Positions 35,742-45,716 are shown, counted from the first letter of the stretch. The stretch is 64,000 nucleotides of DNA from an uncultured Verrucomicrobia subdivision 3 bacterium (GCA_903936645.1 CAIZWI010000313.1:994-64993); one strand, 5' to 3'. Translations and numbers: made by a program. The notes: generated by a model from the letters alone, not told the origin.

Positions 35742-36656
35742 ATGTCCAATTTGGCCGGCCCGGCCCCGACACCATCTAAAGCCCGGATTTTTTTCCGCCG
35801 GTTAATCACCACGGTGATTCTCTGGACGGTCATACTGACTTCTTTATTTTCGGGCCACCCGTTGCTTTCGAACGGGGTGTTCCTCGCGATCATGGTGGTC
35901 CTGGCGGTTGCGGGCCTGGCGGAATTTTATGATCTGGCTGGGAGCAGCAAACTCTTCTGTTTCAAGTGGTGCGGCCTGACCGGCGGGGTCCTGCTGATGG
36001 TGGGGACCTTTATGAACGTCACGGGCCACCTGGGTCTGAATAACTCCCCTGCCCGGGTGAACGACTTCGAAACCGGATTCCTCATTTTATTTGTCCTCGG
36101 TTTATGCGTCCGCCAGTTCGTCTCCAAATCCTGCATCACCGGCATGTCCGCCATTGGCACGACCCTGCTGGGCTTGATGTATGTGCCCTGGCTCCTGAAT
36201 TTTATCCAGAAAATCAATTTCTTCCCGGGCGTGGATGGAAAATACTATGTCCTTTATTTCATTCTGGTCACCAAATTCAGCGACATGGGGGCCTACTTGG
36301 TGGGCTCGCTCATTGGCCGTCACAAGATGATTCCCCGCATCAGCCCCGGCAAAACGTGGGAGGGCTTTGGCGGTGCCATCGTGGTTTCCACCCTGGCGAG
36401 CGTGCTCTTCGCCCATTTTCTCGGGGATAAAATGGCCGGCATGACCCTGCTCCACGCCATCATTCTCGGGGTGGTTCTGAGTTCCACGGCCGTCATCGGC
36501 GATTTAATCGAATCCCTCTTCAAACGGCAGTCCGGCGTGAAGGATTCCGGACACTTTTTCCCGGGCATTGGCGGCATTTTGGATCTGCTGGACAGCCTCC
36601 TGTTCAATGCCCCGATCATGTACCTCTATCTGCGGCATGTGTTGACGAATGCTTGA
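35742..36656 (+). CDS. cdsA: phosphatidate cytidylyltransferase
   Basis: KFSDMGAYLVGSLIGRHKMIPRISPGKTWEGFGG signature and multiple TM helices. ATG 35742. Confidence 0.88.
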   Translation: MSNLAGPAPTPSKARIFFRRLITTVILWTVILTSLFSGHPLLSNGVFLAIMVVLAVAGLAEFYDLAGSSKLFCFKWCGLTGGVLLMVGTFMNVTGHLGLNNSPARVNDFETGFLILFVLGLCVRQFVSKSCITGMSAIGTTLLGLMYVPWLLNFIQKINFFPGVDGKYYVLYFILVTKFSDMGAYLVGSLIGRHKMIPRISPGKTWEGFGGAIVVSTLASVLFAHFLGDKMAGMTLLHAIILGVVLSSTAVIGDLIESLFKRQSGVKDSGHFFPGIGGILDLLDSLLFNAPIMYLYLRHVLTNA

Positions 36657-36699
36657 CCCGACTGGCACATTTTCCTTGAACGCCCTGTAATTCTCCAAC

Positions 36700-37848
36700 A
36701 TGAAAAACGTAGTTCTCCTTGGCAGCACCGGTTCCATTGGCACCAGCACCGTTAAAGTGGCGGAAGATTTGCCGGATCGCATTCGTTTGGTGGGTCTGGC
36801 TGCGGGTAATAACGCCGAACTCCTGCTGGCACAAACCCTGAAGCACCAACCGGAGGTGGTTTCCCTGGCGGATCCGGCCAGGGTGGCTGCCCTCCAAGGC
36901 CGCTTGGGTGCCCAAACCAAAGTTTATGCCGGTGCGGAGGGGTTGCTGAAGCTGGCCACCCTGCCCTCCGCGGATATCGTATTAATTGCCATCGTTGGCA
37001 CCGCGGGACTGCAACCGGCCCTGGCGGCGATTCGCGCCGGGAAGGACATTGCCGTGGCTTCCAAGGAAATTCTGGTCATGGCCGGCGAAATCGTCATGAA
37101 CGAAGCCCGCAAATATGGCGTGCGGGTGCTGGCGGTGGATAGCGAGCACTCGGCAATTGCCCAGTGTCTGGACGGCAAACCCGCGACCTCGGTCCGCAAA
37201 CTGTGGCTCACCGCCTCCGGCGGGCCTTTCCGTGACGCCAAACTCTGGCCCAAGGAATCGTTTGCCGACATCAGTGTCGAGCGGGCGTTGAAACACCCCT
37301 CCTGGGTGATGGGCCGGAAGATCACGATTGATTCGGCCACGCTCTTTAACAAAGGCCTGGAAATGATCGAGGCCCGGTGGTTATTCGATGTCGAGATGGC
37401 CCGGGTGGGCGTGGTGGTGCATCCGCAAAGCATCGTGCATTCCATGGTGGAATTCGTCGATGGCTCGCTCATCGCCCAGCTTTCCACCCCCGACATGTGC
37501 CTGCCGATTCAATACGCCCTGACCTACCCGGACCGGGCCCCCAACGCCCGGGTACAGACCGATTTCCCCAAAATTGGGACCCTAACCTTTGAAACGCCGG
37601 ATACCGACCGTTTTCCCGCCATCGAACTCGCCCGGCAGGCCGGGGAGGTAGGCGGCACGCTGCCGGCGGTATTGAACGCGGCCAACGAAGTTGCGGTCGA
37701 AGCTTTCGTGAATCGCAAAATCAACTTTCCGCAAATCACGGAAACCGTCCGCCGGACCATGGCGGCGCATCGCGTGGTTGCCCAGCCTGCCTTGGAAGAA
37801 ATCCTGGCCGCCGATGCCTGGGCCCGCCAAGCCGCGGCCGTGGTTTAA
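36700..37848 (+). CDS. dxr: 1-deoxy-D-xylulose 5-phosphate reductoisomerase
   Basis: LGSTGSIGTSTV...DSEHSAI...HPSWVMG...HPQSIVHSMV. Confidence 0.93.
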   Translation: MKNVVLLGSTGSIGTSTVKVAEDLPDRIRLVGLAAGNNAELLLAQTLKHQPEVVSLADPARVAALQGRLGAQTKVYAGAEGLLKLATLPSADIVLIAIVGTAGLQPALAAIRAGKDIAVASKEILVMAGEIVMNEARKYGVRVLAVDSEHSAIAQCLDGKPATSVRKLWLTASGGPFRDAKLWPKESFADISVERALKHPSWVMGRKITIDSATLFNKGLEMIEARWLFDVEMARVGVVVHPQSIVHSMVEFVDGSLIAQLSTPDMCLPIQYALTYPDRAPNARVQTDFPKIGTLTFETPDTDRFPAIELARQAGEVGGTLPAVLNAANEVAVEAFVNRKINFPQITETVRRTMAAHRVVAQPALEEILAADAWARQAAAVV

Positions 37849-37953
37849 ACCCTGAACTGGTGGGCTGGCCGGCCGGGGCGGCCGATTTTCTCTTAGATTG
37901 CGGTTCCCGGTTCATTTGTTATAGTAAATAGCCGTTCAGATGCATAAGTTAAC

Positions 37954-39372
37954 ATGACAATTTTAAGATACATTTTTATCGCCTTGGAAGTGGTGTTGCT
38001 CTTCAACCTGCTGATTGGCGTTCACGAACTCGGGCATTTTCTGGCCGCCAAATGGCGCGGACTGAAAATTGACCGGTTTGCGATTTGGTTTGGCAAGCCC
38101 ATTTGGAAAAAGAAAATTGGGGGGGTGGAATATGCGCTGGGCTGGATTCCGGCCGGTGGTTACGTGTCGCTGCCCCAAATGGCAACCATGGAGGCAATTG
38201 AAGGCAAGCCCGGAGAAACTGCGGTGCAATTGCCCAATGTTTCGGCCTTGGATAAAATCATTGTGGCCTTTGCCGGTCCCCTCTTTAGTTTTGGCCTGGC
38301 CGTGGTCTTTGCCGTGATTGTTTGGGGCGTGGGTAAACCGAGCAATGAGGTGGATAATTCCACGGTCATTGGCTGGGTGGATCCCGCTGGTCCCGCCGCC
38401 CTGGCAGGGCTGTTGCCCGGAGACACGATTTTGGAAGTGGATGGTCATCCGGTGCAACATTTTGACGCGTTCACCCAGGACAGCGTCAAGTGGCGCATTG
38501 TCACGAGCGAGGGGACCAATATTGCCATTAAATATGTCCGCGATGGCAAGGAGGCCATGGCCTATGCCGTGCCGTTTCACCGCGCCACCAAGTGGTACGA
38601 ACGCAAGGCCCTGCGCCAACTCTTGGTGGCCCCCGCCGCCAAGTCGGTGGTCCTGGATATTGTCAGCAACAGCCCGGTGGCCCAGGCCGGCATTAAGTCC
38701 GGGGACGAGATTATTGCGCTCAATGGGAAACATCTTTACAGCTTCAATCCCATTTTGGAACTGCAAAACTCCTGGACCAACAAGGCCCCGGAGCCTTTGA
38801 CGCTGACGATCAAACGGGGCCCGGAGCAATTTGACCGCACTTTGCTGGCGGTCAAACCCATGCTGCCCACGAACAGCCCGCCACTGCTGGGCATTGAATC
38901 CCTGCAGGTGGAAACCAATGTAAGTCTGGCCCACCCCAGCCCGCTGGAACAGATTCAAACCAGTGTGAGCCAGATCATGGGCACTTTCCACGCGTTATTT
39001 TCGCCCAAGAGCGAAATCGGCGTCCAGCAACTGGGCGGCGCAGTAATGATCATTCGCGTGTACAGCAACCTCTTTCAGAGCGATGACGGCTGGCGCCGGG
39101 TGCTGTGGTTTAGCGTGGTCATGAACGTAAACCTTGCCCTGCTCAACCTGCTGCCGTTGCCAGTGCTGGATGGCGGGCATATCCTGCTTTCCGTGATTGA
39201 ATTCATCCGCCGGCGGCCCGTCAGCAACCAGATTTTGCAATTTATTCAGACCGGCTTTGCCGCTGCCCTGATCATCTTCATGTTGTATCTCGCCTTTTTT
39301 GACACCGGCGACTGGGTGCGCAGCTCCCGTGCGGATCGCGACGTGCCGGTGGTGTTCGCCCCCACTAAATAA
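37954..39372 (+). CDS. rseP: RIP (site-2) zinc metalloprotease
   Basis: HELGHFLAAK (HExxH), PDZ-like segments, and the C-terminal NLLPLPVLDGGH motif. Confidence 0.9.
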   Translation: MTILRYIFIALEVVLLFNLLIGVHELGHFLAAKWRGLKIDRFAIWFGKPIWKKKIGGVEYALGWIPAGGYVSLPQMATMEAIEGKPGETAVQLPNVSALDKIIVAFAGPLFSFGLAVVFAVIVWGVGKPSNEVDNSTVIGWVDPAGPAALAGLLPGDTILEVDGHPVQHFDAFTQDSVKWRIVTSEGTNIAIKYVRDGKEAMAYAVPFHRATKWYERKALRQLLVAPAAKSVVLDIVSNSPVAQAGIKSGDEIIALNGKHLYSFNPILELQNSWTNKAPEPLTLTIKRGPEQFDRTLLAVKPMLPTNSPPLLGIESLQVETNVSLAHPSPLEQIQTSVSQIMGTFHALFSPKSEIGVQQLGGAVMIIRVYSNLFQSDDGWRRVLWFSVVMNVNLALLNLLPLPVLDGGHILLSVIEFIRRRPVSNQILQFIQTGFAAALIIFMLYLAFFDTGDWVRSSRADRDVPVVFAPTK

Positions 39373-39381
39373 TCTCACCTC

Positions 39382-41166
39382 ATGAGCTATTGCGAATCTC
39401 CTTTTAACTTCCACCGCCGTAAAACCCGCGAAATCGTCATTGGCGATCCGCAAAACGGCGGGGTCATCATGGGCGGCGACCATCCGGTCGTGCGCCAGTC
39501 CATGATTACCTGTGACACCATGGACACCGCCGCCAGTGTCCAGCAAACCCTGGATCTGGTGGCCGTGGGCTGCCAGATTGTGCGCATCACCGCGCCAACC
39601 GTGAAGGATGCGGCCAACCTGCAGCATATCGTCGCGGAATTGCGGCGGCGCGGCTGCCTGGTGCCCATCGTGGCGGACATTCATTTCAAGCCCGAGGCGG
39701 CCATGGAAGCCGTCAAATGGGTGGAAGTAATCCGGGTCAACCCCGGCAATTACGCGGACTCCAAGAAGTTTGCCATCAAGGAATATACGGATGAGCAATA
39801 CCGCGCGGAATTGGGACGGATTGAGGAGAAATTCACGCCCCTGGTGCTCGAATGCATCCAGCGCAAGCGCGCGATGCGCATTGGCACCAATCACGGTTCC
39901 CTGAGTGACCGCATCATGAACCGCTTTGGCGACACGCCGCTGGGCATGGTGGAAAGCGCTCTGGAATTTGCCCGCATTGCCCGCAAGCATAATTTTCACA
40001 ACTTCAAGTTTTCCATGAAGTCCTCCAACCCCAAGGTGATGATCGAATGTTATCGCCTGCTGGTCTCCCGGTTGGAGCAGGAGGGACCAGATTGGAATTA
40101 CCCGATTCATTTGGGCGTCACCGAAGCCGGCGAAGGCGAGGATGGCCGTATCAAGAGCGCCATCGGCATCGGCTCCCTGCTCTGCGACGGATTAGGCGAT
40201 ACCATCCGGGTGTCCCTCACCGAGGACAGCCCGCGGGAAATCGAGGTTTGCAACGATCTGCTCGCCCAAATCCCGCTGCTGGCGAATACCCAGCATTCCC
40301 TTCAGGGCGTGGCGGTTTCTTTTGATCCGTTCCATTTCGAACGCCGGCAAACCCCGGAGGTGGCGCTGGGCGAAGCACTCGACAGCCTCCGTTGTGGGGG
40401 GGAACAATTGATCCGCGTGGTCGTCACCCGGGCGACCTGGGACAAGGTTGCCCCCAAAATCCGGCCGAAGGACGACGTGAAACCCGAGGCGGTTTACGAG
40501 GATTTAAACGTGGCCGAGCTTGATCCCACCGCCGACTTTACCATCAATTGCGAAACTCAACTTGTCACGGTAAAAGATGGCGTGAACCTGCCGGCGATCA
40601 CGGCCTTCCGTTTGCTGGCCGCGAAACTCAAACGGCTGGGCCGCAGCAATCCGATTCTGCTCAAGGACTGCCTCAGCTTTGAAGCCGAGCCGCTGCTGCC
40701 AAAGATTGCCTTGTTGCGTGCCTCCGTGGTCATTGGCTCACTGCTGGCCGATGGGATTGGCGACGCCATTTTGGTGCGGGGTGAGTCCGGTGGCGGGCAA
40801 AGCCTGCGCCTGGCATACAACATTTTGCAAGCGGCCGGGTGCCGCTCGTTCAAAACCGATTACGTCGCCTGCCCCAGTTGCGGACGCACGCTGTTCAACC
40901 TGCAAACCGTCACCGCCCGGATCAAAGCCCGCACCGAACATCTCAAGGGTGTCAAAATTGCCATCATGGGGTGCATTGTGAACGGCCCCGGCGAAATGGC
41001 AGATGCGGATTTCGGCTATGTGGGGGGCGCCCCCGGAAAGATCAATCTGTATGTGGGCAAGACCGCCATCAAGTTTAACATCCCGGAAGGCGAGGCGGTG
41101 GAACGATTGGTGGATTTGATTAAAGAACACAACAAGTGGGTGGAACCGGAGCTGGTGGCGGGGTGA
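39382..41166 (+). CDS. ispG: 4-hydroxy-3-methylbut-2-enyl diphosphate synthase, long (three-domain) form
   Basis: VRITAPT, RVNPGN and CPSCGRT...GCIVNGPGE motifs. At 594 aa it carries a large central insertion. Confidence 0.93.
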   Translation: MSYCESPFNFHRRKTREIVIGDPQNGGVIMGGDHPVVRQSMITCDTMDTAASVQQTLDLVAVGCQIVRITAPTVKDAANLQHIVAELRRRGCLVPIVADIHFKPEAAMEAVKWVEVIRVNPGNYADSKKFAIKEYTDEQYRAELGRIEEKFTPLVLECIQRKRAMRIGTNHGSLSDRIMNRFGDTPLGMVESALEFARIARKHNFHNFKFSMKSSNPKVMIECYRLLVSRLEQEGPDWNYPIHLGVTEAGEGEDGRIKSAIGIGSLLCDGLGDTIRVSLTEDSPREIEVCNDLLAQIPLLANTQHSLQGVAVSFDPFHFERRQTPEVALGEALDSLRCGGEQLIRVVVTRATWDKVAPKIRPKDDVKPEAVYEDLNVAELDPTADFTINCETQLVTVKDGVNLPAITAFRLLAAKLKRLGRSNPILLKDCLSFEAEPLLPKIALLRASVVIGSLLADGIGDAILVRGESGGGQSLRLAYNILQAAGCRSFKTDYVACPSCGRTLFNLQTVTARIKARTEHLKGVKIAIMGCIVNGPGEMADADFGYVGGAPGKINLYVGKTAIKFNIPEGEAVERLVDLIKEHNKWVEPELVAG

Positions 41167-41213
41167 TTGGCCTTGCGTGCCTGCCTGCGGCGGATTAGCG
41201 CGGCTTGGGCTAT

Positions 41214-42059
41214 ATGAAATTTGGTGTTAATACGTTCCTCTTTGCCTCGCCCTTTACCAATGCGAGCACCCGCCTGTTTCCCCGGTTCAAAACCTGGGGT
41301 TTTGACGGCGTTGAAATCGCGGTGGAAAATCCGGCGGATATTGACCCGGTTTTCGTCAAATCCCAGTTGGACCGGCACGGATTGGTCTGCACCTCAGTGT
41401 GTGCCTGCTTTCCTCCCCGTCGCGATTTACGGGGCACGCCCGCGCAGCAACGGGCAGCCCTCCTTTATCTCCAACGGTTAGTGGATCTGGCCGGCGTGCT
41501 CGGCACCAACATCGTCATGGGTCCCCTTTACTCCGCCACCGGCCGGGCGGAAGCCGTGCCCGCCGGGGAATACCGCCGCCAGTGGCGCACCGTGCGCGCC
41601 CACCTCAAGACCATTTGCCATTATGCGGAGGACCATGACAAGGTGATTTGCCTCGAACCGTTGAACCGGTTTGAGACAGACTTTTTAAATACGGTGGACC
41701 AGGGCTTGGCGATGATCCAGGAGGTAAAAAGCCCCGCCCTGAAATTGCTCCTCGATACTTTTCACATGAACATCGAGGAGAAAAACCCGGCGGAGGCCAT
41801 CCGCCGTGCAGGCGCGCAGGTCGGTCATTTTCATGCGAGTGGCAGCGACCGGGGAACGCCGGGCAACGACCATGTGGACTGGTCTGGCGTGGCGCAGGCG
41901 TTAAAGGACATTCACTATGCCGGCGCGGTGGTGATCGAATCTTTCACCCCGGATGTCAAAGTCATTGCCCGGGCGGCCGCCATCTGGCGGAAAATTGAAC
42001 CCAACCGCGATGACATTGCCCGCCTGGGGCTGGCGTTCTTGAAAAAGACGCTGGAATAA
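41214..42059 (+). CDS. sugar phosphate isomerase/epimerase (xylose-isomerase-like TIM barrel)
   Basis: MKFGVNTFLF...GFDGVEI...LEPLNRFE...FHMNIEE...HASGSDRG pattern. Confidence 0.8.
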   Translation: MKFGVNTFLFASPFTNASTRLFPRFKTWGFDGVEIAVENPADIDPVFVKSQLDRHGLVCTSVCACFPPRRDLRGTPAQQRAALLYLQRLVDLAGVLGTNIVMGPLYSATGRAEAVPAGEYRRQWRTVRAHLKTICHYAEDHDKVICLEPLNRFETDFLNTVDQGLAMIQEVKSPALKLLLDTFHMNIEEKNPAEAIRRAGAQVGHFHASGSDRGTPGNDHVDWSGVAQALKDIHYAGAVVIESFTPDVKVIARAAAIWRKIEPNRDDIARLGLAFLKKTLE

Positions 42060-42119
42060 AATTGGCAGGCAGCGGAAAAACTGTTTCGCTATCGGGATAA
42101 TTCCACCCATGGTCAATTT

Positions 42120-42995
42120 ATGAAAATGTTCGTCCTTTGGGCACTCCTGTTATTCGTTGCGTTAACTCCGGCTGGCGGACACGCCGCAGAGAAGCGCATT
42201 GTTATGATCGCGGGCAAGCCCAGCCACGGTCCCGGTGAGCATGAACATCGCGCCGGTCTGCTGCTGTTCCAAAAATGCCTCGCGGGGATTCCCGGCATCG
42301 CGGTGGAGGTTTATTCCAATGGCTGGCCAGCCAATGGAGCGGTCCTGCAAGGAGCGGCCGCCGTGGTAATTTACAGTGACGGTGGCAGCGGCCATCCCGC
42401 CCTGCAAGCCGGTCATCTCCCGCAACTCGAGGCCTTGATGAAACAGGGTGTGGGCTTCGCCTGCATCCATTACGCCGTGGAACCGACCATTGCCAGCGGA
42501 CAGGCGGAATTTCTCGACTGGCTCGGCGGTTGCTTCGAGATCAACCGCTCCGTCAATCCGGTCTGGACTGCCAATTTCACCACGCTGCCCAAGCATCCCA
42601 TTACCCGCGGGGTGCACCCTTTCCAACAACGTGACGAATGGTATTTTAACCTGCGCTTTCGGGAACCGTTGACCGGCGTCACGCCTCTCCTCGTTGCGGT
42701 GCCGCCACCGTCCACCATGAGCCGTCCTGATGGACCGCATGAGGGAAATCCCGCGGTGCGCGCCAGCGTGCAACGCGGCGAAGCCCAGACGGTGGCCTGG
42801 GCAGTTGAACGTCCGGATGGCGGTCGCGGGTTTGGTTTTACGGGCGGCCATTACCATCGCAACTGGGGCGATGACAATAAGCGCAAGCTCGTCTTAAACG
42901 CCATCCTCTGGGTGGCCCGGGTGGAAGTCCCGCCGGACGGCGTTCAGTCCAGCGTTACTGCCGCCGACCTGGAGCTGAATCTCGATCCGAAATAA
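42120..42995 (+). CDS. exported ThuA-like domain protein
   Basis: Signal peptide, then KRIVMIAGKPSHGPGEHEH...HYAV...HPITRGV...DEWY pattern. Confidence 0.7.
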   Translation: MKMFVLWALLLFVALTPAGGHAAEKRIVMIAGKPSHGPGEHEHRAGLLLFQKCLAGIPGIAVEVYSNGWPANGAVLQGAAAVVIYSDGGSGHPALQAGHLPQLEALMKQGVGFACIHYAVEPTIASGQAEFLDWLGGCFEINRSVNPVWTANFTTLPKHPITRGVHPFQQRDEWYFNLRFREPLTGVTPLLVAVPPPSTMSRPDGPHEGNPAVRASVQRGEAQTVAWAVERPDGGRGFGFTGGHYHRNWGDDNKRKLVLNAILWVARVEVPPDGVQSSVTAADLELNLDPK

Positions 42996-42998
42996 ATG

Positions 42999-43049
42999 GG
43001 CGGCAAGGGCGCCCCCAGCGGAAACGCACCCTGCCGCCAGCCGGCTGGC
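42999..43049. terminator. GC-rich hairpin plus 14-nt perfect palindrome between convergent ThuA genes
   Basis: GGCGGCAAGGGCG...CGCACCCTGCCGCC (42999-43038) overlaps the palindrome GCCAGCCGGCTGGC (43036-43049). No T tract. Confidence 0.35.
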
Positions 43050-43053
43050 TTGA

Positions 43054-43941
43054 CTATTTAGCGGCGTAGCCCGGCTTGGGCTTGCCCTCGGCATCGAGCT
43101 TGTCGCAGGCCCAAAGCACGCCCCGCGTGACGAGGTCCAGATAGCGGGCATCCGCCACCGTTTCGTTATTGTGACCGATGGTCGTGGAAAAGACGCGCGT
43201 CTTTCCTTTGTAGGTGTTCACCCAGGCGACCACAAAATCATTGGTGCGTTGGGGTTGCCCATCCTTGCCCTTGATCACTTGCGTGCCATGCGCCAGCGCT
43301 TGGGCGGTGTCCCAGACTTTAATATTGTTATAATGCTCCTCATGGATCGTCGTCCAGTCCGCGAGCCCGGTGCTGATCGGATGGCGGGTGTCGGTGAAAG
43401 TGATGGCAATCGGTTCCTGCGGGCCGTGACCACTGGACTGGAGCCCAAGATATTCATACCAATGCGCGTTTGGCGCCGAGGCTGGCAATGGCTTGGTGAA
43501 ATCGCCGAAACGGTAGCAATGCATGGCACAATGCAAGTTCACCCCGGGAATGCCATCGAGATGCGGCTGCAGCACCGCTTGGATAACATTCGTGTCCTTG
43601 ATGTCCGCCGCGCATTCGTCATGGATGACCACATCGTAGCCCTTCGCATAATCCGGGTGGCCATAGATCGGCAAATCGGGATGCGTGCTGTCGTCGGGGA
43701 CATAAATGATATCCACGGTGACATTGGCACGGGCTTCGATGCCCTGCTTGAGTATGTCTTTCTGATGCTCGTAATCATGACAGCAACCACCCGCGATAAG
43801 CAGCGCCTTGAGGGGTTTGATGCTTTCTTGGGCGAACATGCCGGGGCTGAAAGCCAGAACACCGCCCAGTACCGCTAATGTAACCAGTTTGCCGGGGAAT
43901 GCTTTTTGCATGGCTGATAATGTCATCGTCAATGGATCCAT
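43054..43941 (-). CDS. exported ThuA-like domain protein (second, divergent copy)
   Basis: Signal-like N-terminus, then KALLIAGGCCHDYEHQKDIL...VVIHDEC...HCAMHCY. Confidence 0.65.
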   Translation of the reverse strand: MDPLTMTLSAMQKAFPGKLVTLAVLGGVLAFSPGMFAQESIKPLKALLIAGGCCHDYEHQKDILKQGIEARANVTVDIIYVPDDSTHPDLPIYGHPDYAKGYDVVIHDECAADIKDTNVIQAVLQPHLDGIPGVNLHCAMHCYRFGDFTKPLPASAPNAHWYEYLGLQSSGHGPQEPIAITFTDTRHPISTGLADWTTIHEEHYNNIKVWDTAQALAHGTQVIKGKDGQPQRTNDFVVAWVNTYKGKTRVFSTTIGHNNETVADARYLDLVTRGVLWACDKLDAEGKPKPGYAAK

Positions 43942-43962
43942 ATTGGTTGATTTTAAACGGCC

Positions 43963-45243
43963 TCACGCTTCACCGGGAATCGGATAAACATTATCCTTCG
44001 GGGCCACCACTTTGCCGGCTTCAAAATCCGCCGGCGACGGCGAGAGCGCCAGATTATACCACGGCGATTGCGTGTTCGTCATCAGGTCGGACCAGCGCAC
44101 CAACTGGCCGGTGTAGCAGGCAATGCGACCCATGATCGCCGTCAACGTCGACTCTGCCACCGTCCGCGCGCCATTCAGCGGCTGCTGGTTCACAATGCTG
44201 TTGAGCAGGTCGATGTGCTCCTGCACCTGCCCATTGGCGTGCGTCTTGAATTCTGGCACGCTGAGTTGCGCAAGTTTCGCCGATTGCATTTTTCCACCGC
44301 CATAGGTGGTGCCTTCAGTGCCATGAAAAAACTCATCCACCCCGCCATAAGTGCCGTTCACCTGACGGCACATGCTGTGAATATGGCAGTCGTCGCCGTA
44401 ATTAAGATCCAGACTGAAAAAATCAAATTGATCGCCCGTCCGGCGCCGCGCGCGACCACCAAAACCCAGTGCCGATTCCGGCGGATGGCCAATGAACCAG
44501 TTCGCGACGTCGAGGTTGTGGACGTGCTGTTCCACAATGTGATCACCCGACATTTCGGAAAAGCTCGTCCAGTTCCGCACGAGATAACTGTCATCGCTTT
44601 CGCCTTCCGTGCGCTCCTTGTACCACAGCGCCCCGCCGCACCAGGAAATCCGCCCGCCCACGATTTGCCCAATGGCCCCATTGGCCACCGCCCATTGGTT
44701 GCGCAAATAATTCCCCATGTGCCGCCGCTGGGTGCCCGCGACCACCGACAAACCTTTCTGCTTCGCCACTTCGCCCAAGGCCATGACCTTGCGGGCGCCC
44801 ACCGGATCCACCGCCACTGGTTTTTCAATAAACATATGCTTGCCCGCATTGAGGCCAGCTTCCAGATGGGTTGGCCGGAACACCGGTGGGGTGGCCAGCA
44901 ACACGATGTCCACCGGCTGCACCAACAACTCTTGATAGCCGGTGGCGCCGGTAAACACCCGCTCCGGCGGAATGTTATATTTGGCGGCCGTGGCCCTGGC
45001 GCGATCCGGAAAAAAATCCGCCACGGTGTGCACTTCAACGTCCAAGCCGAGCGCCTTGGCGGCTTCGAGATGATTTTCCACCGCCCCATTGCCCCGGCCA
45101 CCACAGCCAATCAAGCCAATCTTGAATTTACGCGGGGTGCCTTGCGCCTGGATATTGAACAACGGCAGGGCCGATGCCACCACTCCGGCGGCGGCGACGT
45201 TTTTGATAAAGGTACGGCGGGGTATGAACAGCGGGTTGGTCAT
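43963..45243 (-). CDS. Tat-exported Gfo/Idh/MocA-family oxidoreductase
   Basis: Twin-arginine signal PRRTFIKNVAAAGVVASA, Rossmann IGLIGCGGRG, and the FIEKPVA motif. Confidence 0.85.
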   Translation of the reverse strand: MTNPLFIPRRTFIKNVAAAGVVASALPLFNIQAQGTPRKFKIGLIGCGGRGNGAVENHLEAAKALGLDVEVHTVADFFPDRARATAAKYNIPPERVFTGATGYQELLVQPVDIVLLATPPVFRPTHLEAGLNAGKHMFIEKPVAVDPVGARKVMALGEVAKQKGLSVVAGTQRRHMGNYLRNQWAVANGAIGQIVGGRISWCGGALWYKERTEGESDDSYLVRNWTSFSEMSGDHIVEQHVHNLDVANWFIGHPPESALGFGGRARRRTGDQFDFFSLDLNYGDDCHIHSMCRQVNGTYGGVDEFFHGTEGTTYGGGKMQSAKLAQLSVPEFKTHANGQVQEHIDLLNSIVNQQPLNGARTVAESTLTAIMGRIACYTGQLVRWSDLMTNTQSPWYNLALSPSPADFEAGKVVAPKDNVYPIPGEA

Positions 45244-45384
45244 AGATCAATTGGTTGCGTGGTAAAAAGTATTAATGTGGTTGAGCGTTACTATTGCACC
45301 CGCAAAACGCTGTGGCAATAATATTTCTTTTTAGCAGGAAAAATCAAAGCGCACCGACCTGAAAGGTTTTAGCGGCATGCACGT

Positions 45385-45645
45385 TTGTTAGTGGGGAAAC
45401 AGAAGTTTTGCCCAGTTTGTTTGGCCTATGGCCACATGGAATTGAGGAGCGTGCACTGGCAGCGCAGCAAGTTTTTCACCAACTTCTGCGGGCGGTGCTC
45501 CTCCGGCAAACTGCGGCGGACCAAAAGGCAGGACTCGGCGCACCAGCAATCGCCTGGGTTGGGCCTGCTTGATGTGGCAATCCCGTTCCGTAGTCTGCAG
45601 GAGGCTTTGACTGGCCAGTCAATCGCCTCTCCCGGGCACACATAA
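45385..45645 (+). CDS. candidate small zinc-ribbon protein (hypothetical)
   Basis: CPVC-x22-CGRC arrangement followed by a basic stretch KLRRTKRQ. GC3 looks gene-like. It ends at the terminator hairpin. The start would be TTG 45385 or GTG 45391, and no homology is recognisable. Confidence 0.3.
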   Translation: MLVGKQKFCPVCLAYGHMELRSVHWQRSKFFTNFCGRCSSGKLRRTKRQDSAHQQSPGLGLLDVAIPFRSLQEALTGQSIASPGHT

Positions 45646-45672
45646 AAAACGCGTCCCGAATGGGACGCGTTT
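45644..45672. terminator. rho-independent terminator, A-tract/T-tract flanked (bidirectional)
   Basis: AAAAAA-CGCGTCCC-gaat-GGGACGCG-TTTGCGTTTG. On the minus strand the stem is followed by TTTTTT, 45 nt after the PRC-barrel gene stop. Confidence 0.75.
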
Positions 45673-45716
45673 GCGTTTGCGATAATTCAAATCAACTTGG
45701 GCAAGGTGATAAACAA

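Noticed and set aside
37963-40110. Two long minus-strand ORFs (342 aa and 371 aa)
   Set aside because: They are antisense to rseP and ispG, whose identities are secure (HExxH/PDZ, and the GcpE motifs).
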